A stretch of 63,903 bases of DNA, the filler included, from an uncultured Myxococcia bacterium (GTDB lineage Bacteria > CAZTWC01), in the NCBI GenBank assembly GCA_964617105.1. It is 6 parts of 6 records of this genome, joined end to end, with 100 filler letters (N's around TTAATTAATTAA, not from the genome) between each part and the next. Parts side by side here need not be neighbours in the genome. Positions count along the whole stretch, not along the records: positions 11,094 to 21,824 come from CAZTWC010000108.1; positions 21,925 to 32,603 come from CAZTWC010000109.1; 4 more parts are not named here. One strand, 5' to 3'. Under the pieces are notes generated by a model. The model was not told the origin of the DNA. It worked only from the letters and a program-made list of their open reading frames with translations, and searched no databases. This document shows, piece by piece, positions 20,058-30,534 of this stretch; within the stretch, counting starts at the first letter, position 1; each line of letters begins with the position of its first letter. The translations under genes and the position numbers were made by a program.

Positions 20058-21092
20058 CTACAATCTTTTCCAATTGGCGGTGGGGAAATCGTTGCCTTTG
20101 GCAGGAGGATAGCTGGTCAGCAAATAGATCACTCTCCTATTTTTCTCGCTGTCCGTTTCGTCTGGGGTCATCTCGGCCAATACCGACTCACCAAAGCCCT
20201 GGTAATAAATTTTAATACTCACCCCTTGGCGCCGAAAATAGGCGGCTATTGATTTGGCCCGTTTACAGGATAAACCCTGGTTGTATTTCCTATCACCAAC
20301 TGTGTCAGTATAGCCAGCGATGTAGAGACGGATATCATCGATATCACGGCTGTGTTTAGCCAACAACTCCTTAATTTTGTTTATTGAATCAAGCAGTTTT
20401 GGCTCCTGTATTTTTTCAATTTTCGCGCTGCCCGACTGGAAAACCACCTCCTGGTGAGGTATTTTAACCATAAAGGGGGTCAAATTGACACCGTTATAAA
20501 AACCCTGAGGGCCGGTAACCTTCAACTCCAGACGGTTCACTTCCCCTTGCTTTTGCCAGGTCATAGTTACAGGAGTATTGGCTCTTTTTGACGCCAGATC
20601 TATTTGGGTCTCCTCCTGTTCCCCATTTGCGAAAAATACCAACAAGTCAGCTTTGGCCATTTTTCGGTCAAAAGAGAAGATAAGTTTGTGTTCCTGGGGT
20701 GAAAAACGCTCCCTAAACACTTTGATTTTAGGAGGAAGCAAGCAATAAACTGGAAAATGTGCCTTTTGGAAATATTTACCACCATCGGCAAATACGCCTT
20801 TGAATTGAGCCTGGTATTTAAAAATTCCGCGATCTTCCCGCCAGGAGATCTCCTTGCTCTGGCCAGGAGGCAAATTTTTTACCGTAAAAGTCCGGCGACG
20901 CCCATCGTTACGTTTTAAAGAAACCTTTAAAAACTTTAAAAAAGAGGTTGACGTGACAGTGACAGATGGCTTTTGCTGCTTATAAAGCACAGTATTGCTG
21001 ATCTGAAAATCAAGACTATTTTGCCCCCAGGCTGGTGACGAAAAAAGGTAGATCACTAATACAAAGACAAATACTCGATTAAACTGTTTCAT
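20058..21092 (-). CDS. OmpA-like peptidoglycan-binding domain protein
   Basis: Signal peptide; C-terminal IAGYTDTVG...YNQGLS..RA and NRRV motifs. Confidence 0.85.
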   Translation of the reverse strand: MKQFNRVFVFVLVIYLFSSPAWGQNSLDFQISNTVLYKQQKPSVTVTSTSFLKFLKVSLKRNDGRRRTFTVKNLPPGQSKEISWREDRGIFKYQAQFKGVFADGGKYFQKAHFPVYCLLPPKIKVFRERFSPQEHKLIFSFDRKMAKADLLVFFANGEQEETQIDLASKRANTPVTMTWQKQGEVNRLELKVTGPQGFYNGVNLTPFMVKIPHQEVVFQSGSAKIEKIQEPKLLDSINKIKELLAKHSRDIDDIRLYIAGYTDTVGDRKYNQGLSCKRAKSIAAYFRRQGVSIKIYYQGFGESVLAEMTPDETDSEKNRRVIYLLTSYPPAKGNDFPTANWKRL

Positions 21093-21104
21093 AATTTTGC
21101 CCTT

Positions 21105-21824
21105 TCATTTTTTTATCCGCCGGGTTTTTTGAGGAAAAATCTGTTTCAGCGCTTTGCGAGCACTATTTTCTCCATTATACAACAGATAATACAAAATATA
21201 ATTGCGTATAATATTACGGATATAGGAGCGGGTCTCCTGATAAGAAACCCGCTCAATAAAGTAATCCAGGTCAATATTTCCCTCGAGCAATTTGGATTTG
21301 CGCCAGGCATCCAGGGCGCCTCTGCCTGCATTGTAGGCTGCCAGCATGTAGATAACATTGCCATATCTCTCTTTTAAATTATTCAACAGATGCACTGCCA
21401 AAGGGATATTGTATTGCGGTTCTAATAATCGGGCGGACAGGTTCAATTGGCGAAAGTTGGTTGTTTCCAGGTGCTGGAAATATCTTCTATCATTGGCTGA
21501 CATCTTTTTAAGAGTAGATTCAGCCACCCTGGGCATCAATTGCAATACCCCTCTGGCGCCGGCCCAGGAAACCGCATCCTTCTCAAAAGCTGACTCCTGG
21601 CGGGCCACAGACAAGATCAAAAAAGGATCCAGTCCATATTTTCGGGCAACAGGCTCAATCAATTGAAGGTAAAGCCGGGGAAAATAGAAGGAGGAAACCG
21701 AAAAACCCTGTTTCCAAAAGGGCCGTAAAAAACGAATAGTCTTTAAATATAAACCATTATCAAAAGCCAATCGACTCATCTGAAAGCCTAAAAAAGGATG
21801 GTTGTGATGATCAATCCTTTTAAT
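21105..21824 (-). CDS. Soluble lytic transglycosylase (SLT domain), 5' partial
   Basis: RQESAF...AVS.AGA.G.LQLMP, AAYNAG and ETRSYI motifs. Confidence 0.9.
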   Translation of the reverse strand: MKRIDHHNHPFLGFQMSRLAFDNGLYLKTIRFLRPFWKQGFSVSSFYFPRLYLQLIEPVARKYGLDPFLILSVARQESAFEKDAVSWAGARGVLQLMPRVAESTLKKMSANDRRYFQHLETTNFRQLNLSARLLEPQYNIPLAVHLLNNLKERYGNVIYMLAAYNAGRGALDAWRKSKLLEGNIDLDYFIERVSYQETRSYIRNIIRNYILYYLLYNGENSARKALKQIFPQKTRRIKK

Positions 21825-21924
21825 NNNNNNNNNNNNNNNNNNNNNNNNNNNNNNNNNNNNNNNNNNNNTTAATTAATTAANNNNNNNNNNNNNNNNNNNN
21901 NNNNNNNNNNNNNNNNNNNNNNNN

Positions 21925-22836
21925 TTGCCCCGGGACCTAAAGGCCGCCCTGAATTTGTTTGTCCAGGGTTGCCAAAAAGGCTCCTCAATTGCCTGTGCCA
22001 GTGCTGGTAATATTTTTTGCCAGCAAATGGATTTTCCCAAAGCACTTTCATATTACGCCAAATCCTGCCGGTTCCAAAATGGAGTGGGCTGCTACAAGTA
22101 TGGCTGGCTTCTGGAAAATAAACTATCCAGGCCGGAAGAGGGGCTACACCATTATCTACACAGCTGCAAACAACAAAATAAAAACGGGTGTTTCGCGGCT
22201 GCTAACTTTTTTAAAAACCGGGGATGGAAGCCAGAGGCGGAGGAGTTTTTTACCAGGGGTTGTCAATTAAAAGATATAGCCGCCTGTAAAAAATTGTGCC
22301 AGATAGGCACCCAGGATAAGTGTGATGCTATTTTAGGCCAGGTTGCGGACAACTGTTCAGAGTATCTTCCCGATTTGATTATGGGTTTGAAAGAGATGGA
22401 CTTTCAGAAAGAAGAGAGAAAAAAATTCTGCCGTTATTATGTGAAAAAAGTTATCGCGCCGCCGGAAAGTAATTTTAAGACAACTGTCTCCTGCCCTTTT
22501 ACTTTTTTCCAAGGGCTAAAAGTTTTCACTCTGAGTAAAAACGGAAAATCCCATGGTATAGGATTCTATTTGATTAAAAGAGGAAGTTTTTTGGATAAAC
22601 TTGGCTTTAAATCAATGGATATTATACTCCAGGTTGAAGGAGAACCAATATCCATGCAACTAGTAGAAAACCTTTGTACGCACAGAGGAAAACTTGAAGA
22701 AATCATAAATAGGGCTGGTAAATTTAACCAGATAAAAGTTAAAGTAAAGCGGATGTTTAAAGAGCAGGAGATTATTTTAAAAGGTAAAGAGCTCTATCAA
22801 ATCTTGAAAAATGGGCTCAAAAAAGATCCCCCCTGA
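21925..22836 (+). CDS. Sel1-like repeat protein with C-terminal PDZ-like region (5' partial)
   Basis: Cys-paired Sel1-like repeats (A...Y.KSC....GC..G); C-terminal GS.LDKLGFK..DIILQVEG PDZ-like motif. Confidence 0.65.
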   Translation: MPRDLKAALNLFVQGCQKGSSIACASAGNIFCQQMDFPKALSYYAKSCRFQNGVGCYKYGWLLENKLSRPEEGLHHYLHSCKQQNKNGCFAAANFFKNRGWKPEAEEFFTRGCQLKDIAACKKLCQIGTQDKCDAILGQVADNCSEYLPDLIMGLKEMDFQKEERKKFCRYYVKKVIAPPESNFKTTVSCPFTFFQGLKVFTLSKNGKSHGIGFYLIKRGSFLDKLGFKSMDIILQVEGEPISMQLVENLCTHRGKLEEIINRAGKFNQIKVKVKRMFKEQEIILKGKELYQILKNGLKKDPP

Positions 22837-22910
22837 AAAGGAAACCCCGAGTTTTCTACACTTGGTTGAGAACGCCGCCGGATTCCCGGACGGCAAACAT
22901 AGGACAAAAT

Positions 22911-23984
22911 ATGAATCGAAACAATTTGCCATCTTTGGTCTTTGGCGTATTTTTCCTGGCTATTTTATCGCTGTTGGGCTATATGCTGTTCCCTTTTTTA
23001 TCCACCATCATTTTTGCCTTTATTCTGGCCGGAGCATTTCTGCCGCTTTCAAACTTGCTTATTAAAAAGTGGAAAATCAAACGTCCCTGGGCTGCCAGCC
23101 TGGTCTGCCTGGTAATTGTTCTGGCCATCTTGCTGCCCAGTCTCTACCTGATCATAGAGTTATCACATCAAGTTATGGAGTTCTACCAGGAGTTGAAGTC
23201 AAAATTGACCCAGGAAACTCTACAGGAGATCTTTTTCGGCGATGGATATTTTGCCCGAGCATTAAAACAATTTTTTCAAGGGCTCAATGTTGACTATACT
23301 TATCAGACTTTTCAGGCAGTGATTATTGAAAACGCTAAAGAATTCAGCCTTAATATTTTTACCGCTCTAAACGCCCTGGTGGGTAATATCTTCTCCTTTC
23401 TTTTTAACGTGCTGGTAATGCTGCTAATTATTTTTGCCCTGTTGAGCGAAGGTCCGAGGCTAAAAGAGTTCGTTCTAAAACTATCTCCATTACCTAAAAA
23501 AGATGAAGAGTTGATTATCCACAAATTTAACCAAATGAATTACGTAACCCTGGTCTGTAATGGCCTGGGAGGTTTAATACAAGGGCTTCTGGCCGGCTTG
23601 GGTTTTTTCCTGGCCGGAATTGGTTCATCTCTGCTATGGGGCACAATAATGGTGTTCCTGGCTTTTATTCCCCTGGTGGGAATCTCTATTGTCTTTATCC
23701 CCGCTACCATCTACTTGCTGGCAACCGGCAAGATAATTACCGCCATAATATTGTGCGTCTTCTGTACCGTGCTCTCGCTGGTGGTAGAAAACTGGTTCAA
23801 GCCCAAGTTTATGGGCAAACAGATAAAACTCGACTCTTTGCTGATTTTATTTAGTATTATTTGCGGAATGAGCGCCTTTGGCATGGCAGGAATATTTTAC
23901 GGCCCTCTGGTAATAATTATCTTTCTCACTATTGTAGAATTATACCATCAAAAATACGCACCAGATGAAACCGAATACCCCTAA
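22911..23984 (+). CDS. AI-2E family transporter
   Basis: Multiple TM helices, FIPLVG..IVFIP, ENWFKPKFMG and FG..GIFYGPL motifs. Confidence 0.9.
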   Translation: MNRNNLPSLVFGVFFLAILSLLGYMLFPFLSTIIFAFILAGAFLPLSNLLIKKWKIKRPWAASLVCLVIVLAILLPSLYLIIELSHQVMEFYQELKSKLTQETLQEIFFGDGYFARALKQFFQGLNVDYTYQTFQAVIIENAKEFSLNIFTALNALVGNIFSFLFNVLVMLLIIFALLSEGPRLKEFVLKLSPLPKKDEELIIHKFNQMNYVTLVCNGLGGLIQGLLAGLGFFLAGIGSSLLWGTIMVFLAFIPLVGISIVFIPATIYLLATGKIITAIILCVFCTVLSLVVENWFKPKFMGKQIKLDSLLILFSIICGMSAFGMAGIFYGPLVIIIFLTIVELYHQKYAPDETEYP

Positions 23985-24098
23985 ACACTTGCTATATTCA
24001 CCTAAAAATGTTAATAAGTTTTCATTTGAGAATCCAAATTCACATCCAAAGTGATTTCCCAGATTAACAATCGCTGATTTTATTTGAAGGTTATTATT

Positions 24099-25274
24099 AT
24101 GTCGTCAGAACAAGAAAAATCGCCCCCGGCTGATAAAAAAGAATCCCAATTTGAGAAAGAGGTTTCTCTCTTCACTCCAGTTGATAAAGCGGAGATTGGA
24201 GCCATTTCCGGACTGTTACTCAAATTACTGTCAACAATATTGATAATTGTTGGAATAGTGGCAGTCCTGACCTTTACCGACTTGGGTTTTATAATGATTG
24301 AACCTGGCAGGGTCGGAATTAAGGTAAACTTTTTGACTGGCGACGCCAAAATCTTCCGGCAACCAGGAAACAAATTTTATATACCATTTATAGAAAAGAT
24401 ATTTATCCTGGACGCCTCTCCCCAAAAATTTACTATGAAGGGGGATAAAAGCATAGATGCCAACAATGTTAAAAAATTAACCGTGCGCTCCAATGACGGT
24501 AGTAATTTCTTTTTTGACGAGGTGGTGATCCATTACCAACTTTTACCAAATTTGGCTCATAAAATACTTTCCGATTCGGGTCCTGGAAACCGGTATAAAG
24601 AGTTGTGGCTAAAACCTTACGTAAGGACGGTTTTACGTAACGAGTTTGGCCGGTACACCACCATTGACATAGCTAATGCCACCACCTACAATGCCGCCAA
24701 AAATGAATCGAAACGACTGTTGAACAAACTGTTAAAACCCCACGGTGTGGAGATAATCGAAATTGTTACTCCAAAACCCAGATTTGAAACCCGGTACGAA
24801 GATGCTATTGAAGACCGAAACTTGGCCCAGCAGGAGATAGAGAAACAGAAAGCCAAAGAGCGGCAGTTGCAAAACGAAATGACATACCGGTTAGCCAAGA
24901 TAGAACGACAGAAAAACCGGGAATACCAAACTCTGCTTGGTAAGTTGGTTGAGAAAAAATTATTGGCCGAAAAAGAACAGGTGGAGAAAACCAGGTCTGC
25001 TGACGCCTACCGGATCAAACATATATCGCTGGGAGAAGCCAAACGTTCCAAAATGCTGGCCGAGGCCAGGGCTAAAACCGAAAGCCATAAAAAAGGGGCG
25101 GAAGGTTTAAAAGCCATGGTAGATGGTCTTAGTAAGTACGGGCCGCTAATGGTCAAAGAAATTATTTCCAGGAGACTGAAGGAGTTGAAGATAAAGGTCT
25201 CCCCTTTCAACCAGGATGGATCTCCAAAACGGATTATTTACGAAGAACTAAAAAGAGCAAAGGGAAATAGATAA
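24099..25274 (+). CDS. SPFH/Band 7 domain membrane protein
   Basis: N-terminal TM helix, IEPGRVGI..N...G, PG..FYIPFIE and a long C-terminal coiled coil. Confidence 0.8.
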   Translation: MSSEQEKSPPADKKESQFEKEVSLFTPVDKAEIGAISGLLLKLLSTILIIVGIVAVLTFTDLGFIMIEPGRVGIKVNFLTGDAKIFRQPGNKFYIPFIEKIFILDASPQKFTMKGDKSIDANNVKKLTVRSNDGSNFFFDEVVIHYQLLPNLAHKILSDSGPGNRYKELWLKPYVRTVLRNEFGRYTTIDIANATTYNAAKNESKRLLNKLLKPHGVEIIEIVTPKPRFETRYEDAIEDRNLAQQEIEKQKAKERQLQNEMTYRLAKIERQKNREYQTLLGKLVEKKLLAEKEQVEKTRSADAYRIKHISLGEAKRSKMLAEARAKTESHKKGAEGLKAMVDGLSKYGPLMVKEIISRRLKELKIKVSPFNQDGSPKRIIYEELKRAKGNR

Positions 25275-25275
25275 A

Positions 25276-26343
25276 ATGCACAGTATGAATCAAAGAGGTA
25301 GGGCCCGTTTTTTGGCTTTGTTTTTACTGATAATATTGCTTCTTACAGCCTTAGCCGGTGGTTTATTAACCGAAAAGGTTCCGGTTGGAAAAGTCGGCAT
25401 ACGCTTCAACAAGTGGTACGGAGGTATATCTAACCAGGATTTCAAAACCGGTTATCACCTTGGAATTACCGGTTACCACGATTGGATCTTTTTAGACTCA
25501 ACCACCCATTTTCTCCTTTTTTCCAACTACCGGGAAGATAATCCCGATGCTCAGCAACTGGAGATCAGGACTCTGGACAACAACATCGCCCACCTGGATG
25601 TGTCCATCCCCTACCGAATTATCGTGGGACAGGGCTGGAAAATTTATAAAAGCGGTCTGAACCAATCCTACCGGGACAGGGTAAGTTCAACCACCGTGGG
25701 TATCTTGAGAGTGGAGTTGGCCAAATTGCATGTAACCGATTTGCAGAACACCAACAAAAGAATTAAAGCATCTGTGAACACCTTGCCTCTGCTTAACCAA
25801 GCTCTGGAAAAATATCATGTCCAGGCCGAATCCATTTTGATTAAACAAGTCTCATTTACCCAAGAATACGAAGGAAAATTGCAGGAGAAGCAGTATATCA
25901 AGCAAGTATCCCTTTTAAACAAAGTACAAGGAAACCTGGAGGCCTACACCCAAAAGACTGACACCAGAGAAAAAGAGATTGTGGCGGCGGAATTAAAGTT
26001 GGCCATGAATTGGGAAAAACGGATCCAGGAACAGAAATCTAACTATCAGGTGGAGATCAGTAAAATAAAAGCGGAAACTATAAAATATGAAGATAGAATA
26101 ATGGCTGATGCCAATGCCCAGAGAATGGTAATGGAAGCAGAAGGCAAACTGGCCTCTGACAAGGCGGAAGCCCTGCGCTATAACCTCTATAGTAAAATCC
26201 TCAACACTCCTGGTGGTAGAACTTTTGTGGCCATGCAGGCAGCGGAAAATATGAGTTTTGACTCCCTGGAATTCAACGCCAACCAGGGAATTCCCTTTAT
26301 CCTTCAAATTGATAAATTAGTTAAAGCCCTGGGGGCTAAATAG
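25276..26343 (+). CDS. SPFH/Band 7 domain membrane protein (second of a tandem pair)
   Basis: TM helix, VPVGKVGIR..K..GG, GYH, IRTLD.N...LDVSIPYRI and coiled-coil tail; starts 1 bp after the first gene. Confidence 0.8.
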   Translation: MHSMNQRGRARFLALFLLIILLLTALAGGLLTEKVPVGKVGIRFNKWYGGISNQDFKTGYHLGITGYHDWIFLDSTTHFLLFSNYREDNPDAQQLEIRTLDNNIAHLDVSIPYRIIVGQGWKIYKSGLNQSYRDRVSSTTVGILRVELAKLHVTDLQNTNKRIKASVNTLPLLNQALEKYHVQAESILIKQVSFTQEYEGKLQEKQYIKQVSLLNKVQGNLEAYTQKTDTREKEIVAAELKLAMNWEKRIQEQKSNYQVEISKIKAETIKYEDRIMADANAQRMVMEAEGKLASDKAEALRYNLYSKILNTPGGRTFVAMQAAENMSFDSLEFNANQGIPFILQIDKLVKALGAK

Positions 26344-26514
26344 TTGCAACACTCCTCTCCCCCTGATATAAGGCCCAGTTGCGCTTTCCTCCCCATAAAT
26401 CATTGATATCTAAAGACAATTGTTGGTTAATTTGCTAAGTTTTTTGCTTGCTTAAATATTTGGCAGCGAAAAATCCTGTATTTTTGCTAGATTAGAAAAA
26501 TGGTGAAAAATAAC

Positions 26515-26566
26515 TTGACACCACAACATGTTGTATTATTATAGCCGTGATGCTACAATATATCAT
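26515..26566 (+). promoter_or_regulatory. Sigma70-like promoter with tandem NrdR boxes
   Basis: TTGACA at 26515-26520 and TATTAT at 26537-26542. ACAACATGTTGT (26523-26534) and ACAATATATCAT (26555-26566) are 32 bp apart, upstream of a ribonucleotide reductase gene. Confidence 0.75.
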
Positions 26567-26584
26567 GGACAAGGAGATTTTTTA

Positions 26585-29149
26585 ATGAGTGAGCCACAAA
26601 AACAGGTAACCGAGCAACCAACCGACTTTTTTGCCCCCCAGGAGTTAGATAAAAATATTCGGTGGGATAAAGATATAGTGGAAAAATCGATTGTTCAAGT
26701 TTTAGTTTCGGAACGAAAAATAGAACCAGATACCGCCCTGGTGATCAGCCAAAACGTGGAGGAAGAGGTCAAGAGCGAAGATCAACTTACTCCCAGAAAA
26801 ATTCTTAATGTACTAAACGATAAGATGGTTGAACTGGGATTTGAAAAGAAGATTCGCCTGAGTTCAAATGCTATCCAGGTTTTAAACCGCCGTTATCTAA
26901 AAAAAGACAACGAGGGAAAAATATTAGAAACCCCCAAACATATGTTCGACCGGGTGGCTAAAACCGTTGCCAGCGCTGATACCAACTTTCTCCGTGGGCG
27001 TCCTGAAGCAGAAAAAAAGTTGCGCTCCAGTGTTGAGACCTTTTACCAGATGATGACCGAATTGGATTTTATACCCAATTCTCCAACTCTGATGAACGCT
27101 GGACGTGAGTTAGGACAACTTTCCGCCTGTTTTGTGCTGCCCGTAGAAGACTCTATGGAGAGTATTTTCGAGGCCATTAAAAGCACCGCCCTAATCCACA
27201 AGAGCGGTGGTGGCACCGGTTTCTCCTTTAGCCGCATCCGCCCCAAAAACGATGTGGTGCTCTCCACCAAAGGCGTTTCTTCTGGTCCCATCTCCTTTAT
27301 GCGGGTTTTTGACATGGCCACCGATACCATCAAGCAGGGTGGTACCAGACGGGGAGCCAACATGGGTATCTTGAACGTAAACCATCCCGACATCCTGGAG
27401 TTTATCAGTTGCAAAGAGGATCATACCCAGTTTAACAATTTCAATATCTCGGTGGGAATCACTGAAGATTTTATGGAAGCCATAGAGAACGACCAAGATT
27501 ACACCCTGGTAAATCCTCGTACGGGCGATCCCATGGGTCAATATAACGCCAAAGAAGTTTTCAACAAAATTGTGGATATGGCCTGGAAAAACGGCGAACC
27601 AGGGATAATCTTTTTAGACCGAATCAACCGGACCAATCCGGTTCTCCATGTAGGAAAGGTAGAAAGCACCAATCCCTGCGGTGAACAGCCACTTTTACCC
27701 TATGAATCCTGCAACTTAGGATCTATCAATCTGGCCAGAATGATCAAAAACGAAGAAGTTGACTGGACACATCTCAAAAAAGTGGTGCATGATTCTGTCC
27801 ATTTTTTAGATAACGTCATCGAAATCAACAAGTTCCCGCTCAGTAAAATTCAGCAACAAACCTTTGCCAACCGAAAAATCGGCCTGGGAATAATGGGGTT
27901 TGCCGAAATGCTGATTAAAATGAATATCCCTTACAACTCCGATCGGGCTCTGCAAATAGCGGAAGATGTGATGCAATTTATCAACTTAGAGTCAAAAATT
28001 ATGTCGCGCCAACTGGCTGAAGAGCGGGGGGGTTTTCCAAATTTTCGGGGCAGCAGCTACGATCAATCAGATGATAGTGGCATCAGGAACGCCACTACCA
28101 CCACCATCGCGCCCACGGGTACTATCTCCATGATCGCTGGTTGTTCCAGCGGTATTGAACCACTTTTCGCCATCTCCTTTATTAAAAATGTAATGGATAA
28201 CGATGAACTGGTGGAGGTAAATCCCCTGTTTGAAAAAATGGCCAAAGAGCGGGGGTTTTATTCCCAGGAGTTGATGAAAAAGATCGCCAAGAAGGGCTCC
28301 CTGAAAGATATCGATTCAGTGCCTGAGGATATCAAACGGGTCTTTGTTACGGCTATGGATATTACTCCTGAATGGCATATTCGCATGCAGGCAGCCTTTC
28401 AAAAACATGTTGATAATGCGGTGAGCAAAACCGTTAATTTCCCAGAATCCGCCACCAAACAAGAGGTTGGTAACGCCTTCAGGATGGCCTATACTCTAGG
28501 TTGCAAAGGAGTCACAGTTTACCGTTACAACAGCAGACCGGCCCAGGTGTTGAACATAGGCAAAGTGAATCGTAAGGAGGGAGAACAATCCCTGGATCAG
28601 CAACTGGCTTTTCCATCCAAACTGATCCCCAGAGATCGTCCGGAGATTATGCGGGGAAGCACCCAGATGATCAATACCGGTTGCGGCCACCTCTATATCA
28701 CTATTAACGAAGATGAACACGGCCCCTTCGAACTGTTCACTGCCATGGGTAAAGCTGGCGGTTGCGCCGCTTCCCAAGCAGAGGCTATTGGCCGGCTGAT
28801 CTCTCTATCTTTTAGAGTGGGGGTGGCGACAGAGGAGATTATCAAGCAATTAAGCGCGGTCAGGTGTCCGGCTCCGGCCTGGGCCAATGGAGAGCAGGTG
28901 CTATCCTGTGCGGATGCCATTGCCAAGGCTTTGCGACGCTATACCACATCTCCGGCCACCGAAGTCGGCCAAAAGATTGCCCCAGGACAGGCTCTGACCG
29001 GTAAAAGCGAAACCACCAATAGCGTAATTGGAGTTTCCAGCCCAGTGAAGACCGGATTTGTCACCTGTCCGGAATGTGGCAGCCAGGCGATAGCCAATGA
29101 AGATGGCTGTGCAACTTGTAAGGCTTGTGCCTGGTCTAAGTGCAGTTAG
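26585..29149 (+). CDS. nrdJ: Class II (B12-dependent) ribonucleotide reductase with degenerate ATP cone, TSCPD domain and Zn ribbon
   Basis: PNSPTLMNAG, QLSACFVL, KQGGTRRGANM, TNPCGEQPL.PYESCNLGS, TIAPTGT, TGCG.LYITIN, SCADAIA and CPECG...C..C.WSKC motifs. Confidence 0.95.
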   Translation: MSEPQKQVTEQPTDFFAPQELDKNIRWDKDIVEKSIVQVLVSERKIEPDTALVISQNVEEEVKSEDQLTPRKILNVLNDKMVELGFEKKIRLSSNAIQVLNRRYLKKDNEGKILETPKHMFDRVAKTVASADTNFLRGRPEAEKKLRSSVETFYQMMTELDFIPNSPTLMNAGRELGQLSACFVLPVEDSMESIFEAIKSTALIHKSGGGTGFSFSRIRPKNDVVLSTKGVSSGPISFMRVFDMATDTIKQGGTRRGANMGILNVNHPDILEFISCKEDHTQFNNFNISVGITEDFMEAIENDQDYTLVNPRTGDPMGQYNAKEVFNKIVDMAWKNGEPGIIFLDRINRTNPVLHVGKVESTNPCGEQPLLPYESCNLGSINLARMIKNEEVDWTHLKKVVHDSVHFLDNVIEINKFPLSKIQQQTFANRKIGLGIMGFAEMLIKMNIPYNSDRALQIAEDVMQFINLESKIMSRQLAEERGGFPNFRGSSYDQSDDSGIRNATTTTIAPTGTISMIAGCSSGIEPLFAISFIKNVMDNDELVEVNPLFEKMAKERGFYSQELMKKIAKKGSLKDIDSVPEDIKRVFVTAMDITPEWHIRMQAAFQKHVDNAVSKTVNFPESATKQEVGNAFRMAYTLGCKGVTVYRYNSRPAQVLNIGKVNRKEGEQSLDQQLAFPSKLIPRDRPEIMRGSTQMINTGCGHLYITINEDEHGPFELFTAMGKAGGCAASQAEAIGRLISLSFRVGVATEEIIKQLSAVRCPAPAWANGEQVLSCADAIAKALRRYTTSPATEVGQKIAPGQALTGKSETTNSVIGVSSPVKTGFVTCPECGSQAIANEDGCATCKACAWSKCS

Positions 29150-30521
29150 TCAGACAAGATTTAAACTCTGCTTCTAGATGCTGATATCGAGGCTCAAATT
29201 CACGGCGGTGCCGGTTTACGTTCATCTTTAAAACAATTTGAACCACTGGCGCCGTCCCATTTCCGGTTTCCTTTTTCTCCTTAACTTCTACCCATATCTG
29301 CTGGTGCACCATAAAAAAGGTTATTAACAAACCCAAAATCATTAGACTACAACCCAACCATACCAATGACACACCAGGCGCTTTGGCTACCTGTAATCCG
29401 GTTGCATAGGATTCCTTCACCTGCTTCAATTTAATCCAATAAGTGTCGTTACGGTGCTTTTTATCAAACTCGGGCATCTCTTTTAACACAATAAAATTGC
29501 CCATCTTACCGGCAGGTTTCCGCTCCATATAGAGAGCCGGCCCAAATTTACGAAAATTTTGGTAATAATCCAGGGCAGTGAAAGTAACCGGTGCATCTGA
29601 GCCTTCCCCCAATATAAGAGGCTGCTGAAAGGTGGTGGTATATTCTTTACTGGTATTGGTCTGGGTATCGGTTATCTCCAACTTTATTTCACTCTGAAAT
29701 GGCTGTTTACGGTAAGATGATTGGTATAGGGATATCCCTTCAAAACTTAGTGGAGAGTTAACCTCAATAGATTTTTGGGCTAAGAGTTTCCCTTTCCGCT
29801 TTATACGCAAGTGGCTGATATAATCCTTAGGCTGGCCATTTGGAAAGAGTTTTAACTCAAACTTGTCGCAGGCGATGGTAAAATCCAATTGCCTCCTGAT
29901 GGGGATGCCATCATTGCCAGATATATAAAAGTGGTCAACCTCCTCCCCCTGGGGTATAAAAACAGAGCCGTTAAAACCCAATAAAGAGGTGGATAAAGAC
30001 CCGGCCAGGATTATCAATAGACTTATATGGACAATATGAACACCCAGACGGGCGTATTTGTTTTTTTGCCAATAAAGCATGGAAAAATCGTGAACTGATA
30101 AAATCCTGCCTCCCCGGGTGGAGAAAAACCGGTGAATGAGGTTAAAGGCACTCTTTTGATCCATTTCGGAAGTTAAAGTTAAGTTGAACATCCCCTGATG
30201 GGGGGATTCACCTTTTGGCCTTATTTTGAAATGGCCTGGCAGTTTGCTCAGACCATTTATGGTGCAGGCAAACAGATTCAACGATAGTAGTAGCAGCAAC
30301 AGAGAGAACCACCAGGCGTGGAACAGGTCATAAACCTGAAAAAAATTGAGCAGGGCGAAGGCCAGAGGAGAATAGGTTTGGCGCAGTACATGAGGCGGTA
30401 TATTCTGGGGGATAAAAGTGCCCACTACCATAAATGCAGCCAGGGACAGCAAAATAAAGATAGCGAACTTCAGAGATGAGAAAACTCGCCAATTTTTATC
30501 GGCAATTGCGGTTATATTCAT
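29136..30521 (-). CDS. resB: Cytochrome c biogenesis protein ResB/Ccs1 (system II)
   Basis: SSLKFAI, GTFIPQ, WWF..LL.LL..NL.ACT, VHISLL, VNSPL...GI.LYQSSY and TGLQV...PG..LVW.G motifs. Confidence 0.9.
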   Translation of the reverse strand: MNITAIADKNWRVFSSLKFAIFILLSLAAFMVVGTFIPQNIPPHVLRQTYSPLAFALLNFFQVYDLFHAWWFSLLLLLLSLNLFACTINGLSKLPGHFKIRPKGESPHQGMFNLTLTSEMDQKSAFNLIHRFFSTRGGRILSVHDFSMLYWQKNKYARLGVHIVHISLLIILAGSLSTSLLGFNGSVFIPQGEEVDHFYISGNDGIPIRRQLDFTIACDKFELKLFPNGQPKDYISHLRIKRKGKLLAQKSIEVNSPLSFEGISLYQSSYRKQPFQSEIKLEITDTQTNTSKEYTTTFQQPLILGEGSDAPVTFTALDYYQNFRKFGPALYMERKPAGKMGNFIVLKEMPEFDKKHRNDTYWIKLKQVKESYATGLQVAKAPGVSLVWLGCSLMILGLLITFFMVHQQIWVEVKEKKETGNGTAPVVQIVLKMNVNRHRREFEPRYQHLEAEFKSCLTNCT

Positions 30522-30534
30522 AATTCATCTTGTT

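Noticed and set aside
26528-26584. ORF-track N-terminal extension of nrdJ (MLYYYSRD...)
   Set aside because: It overlaps the promoter and NrdR boxes; AAGGAG precedes the ATG at 26585.
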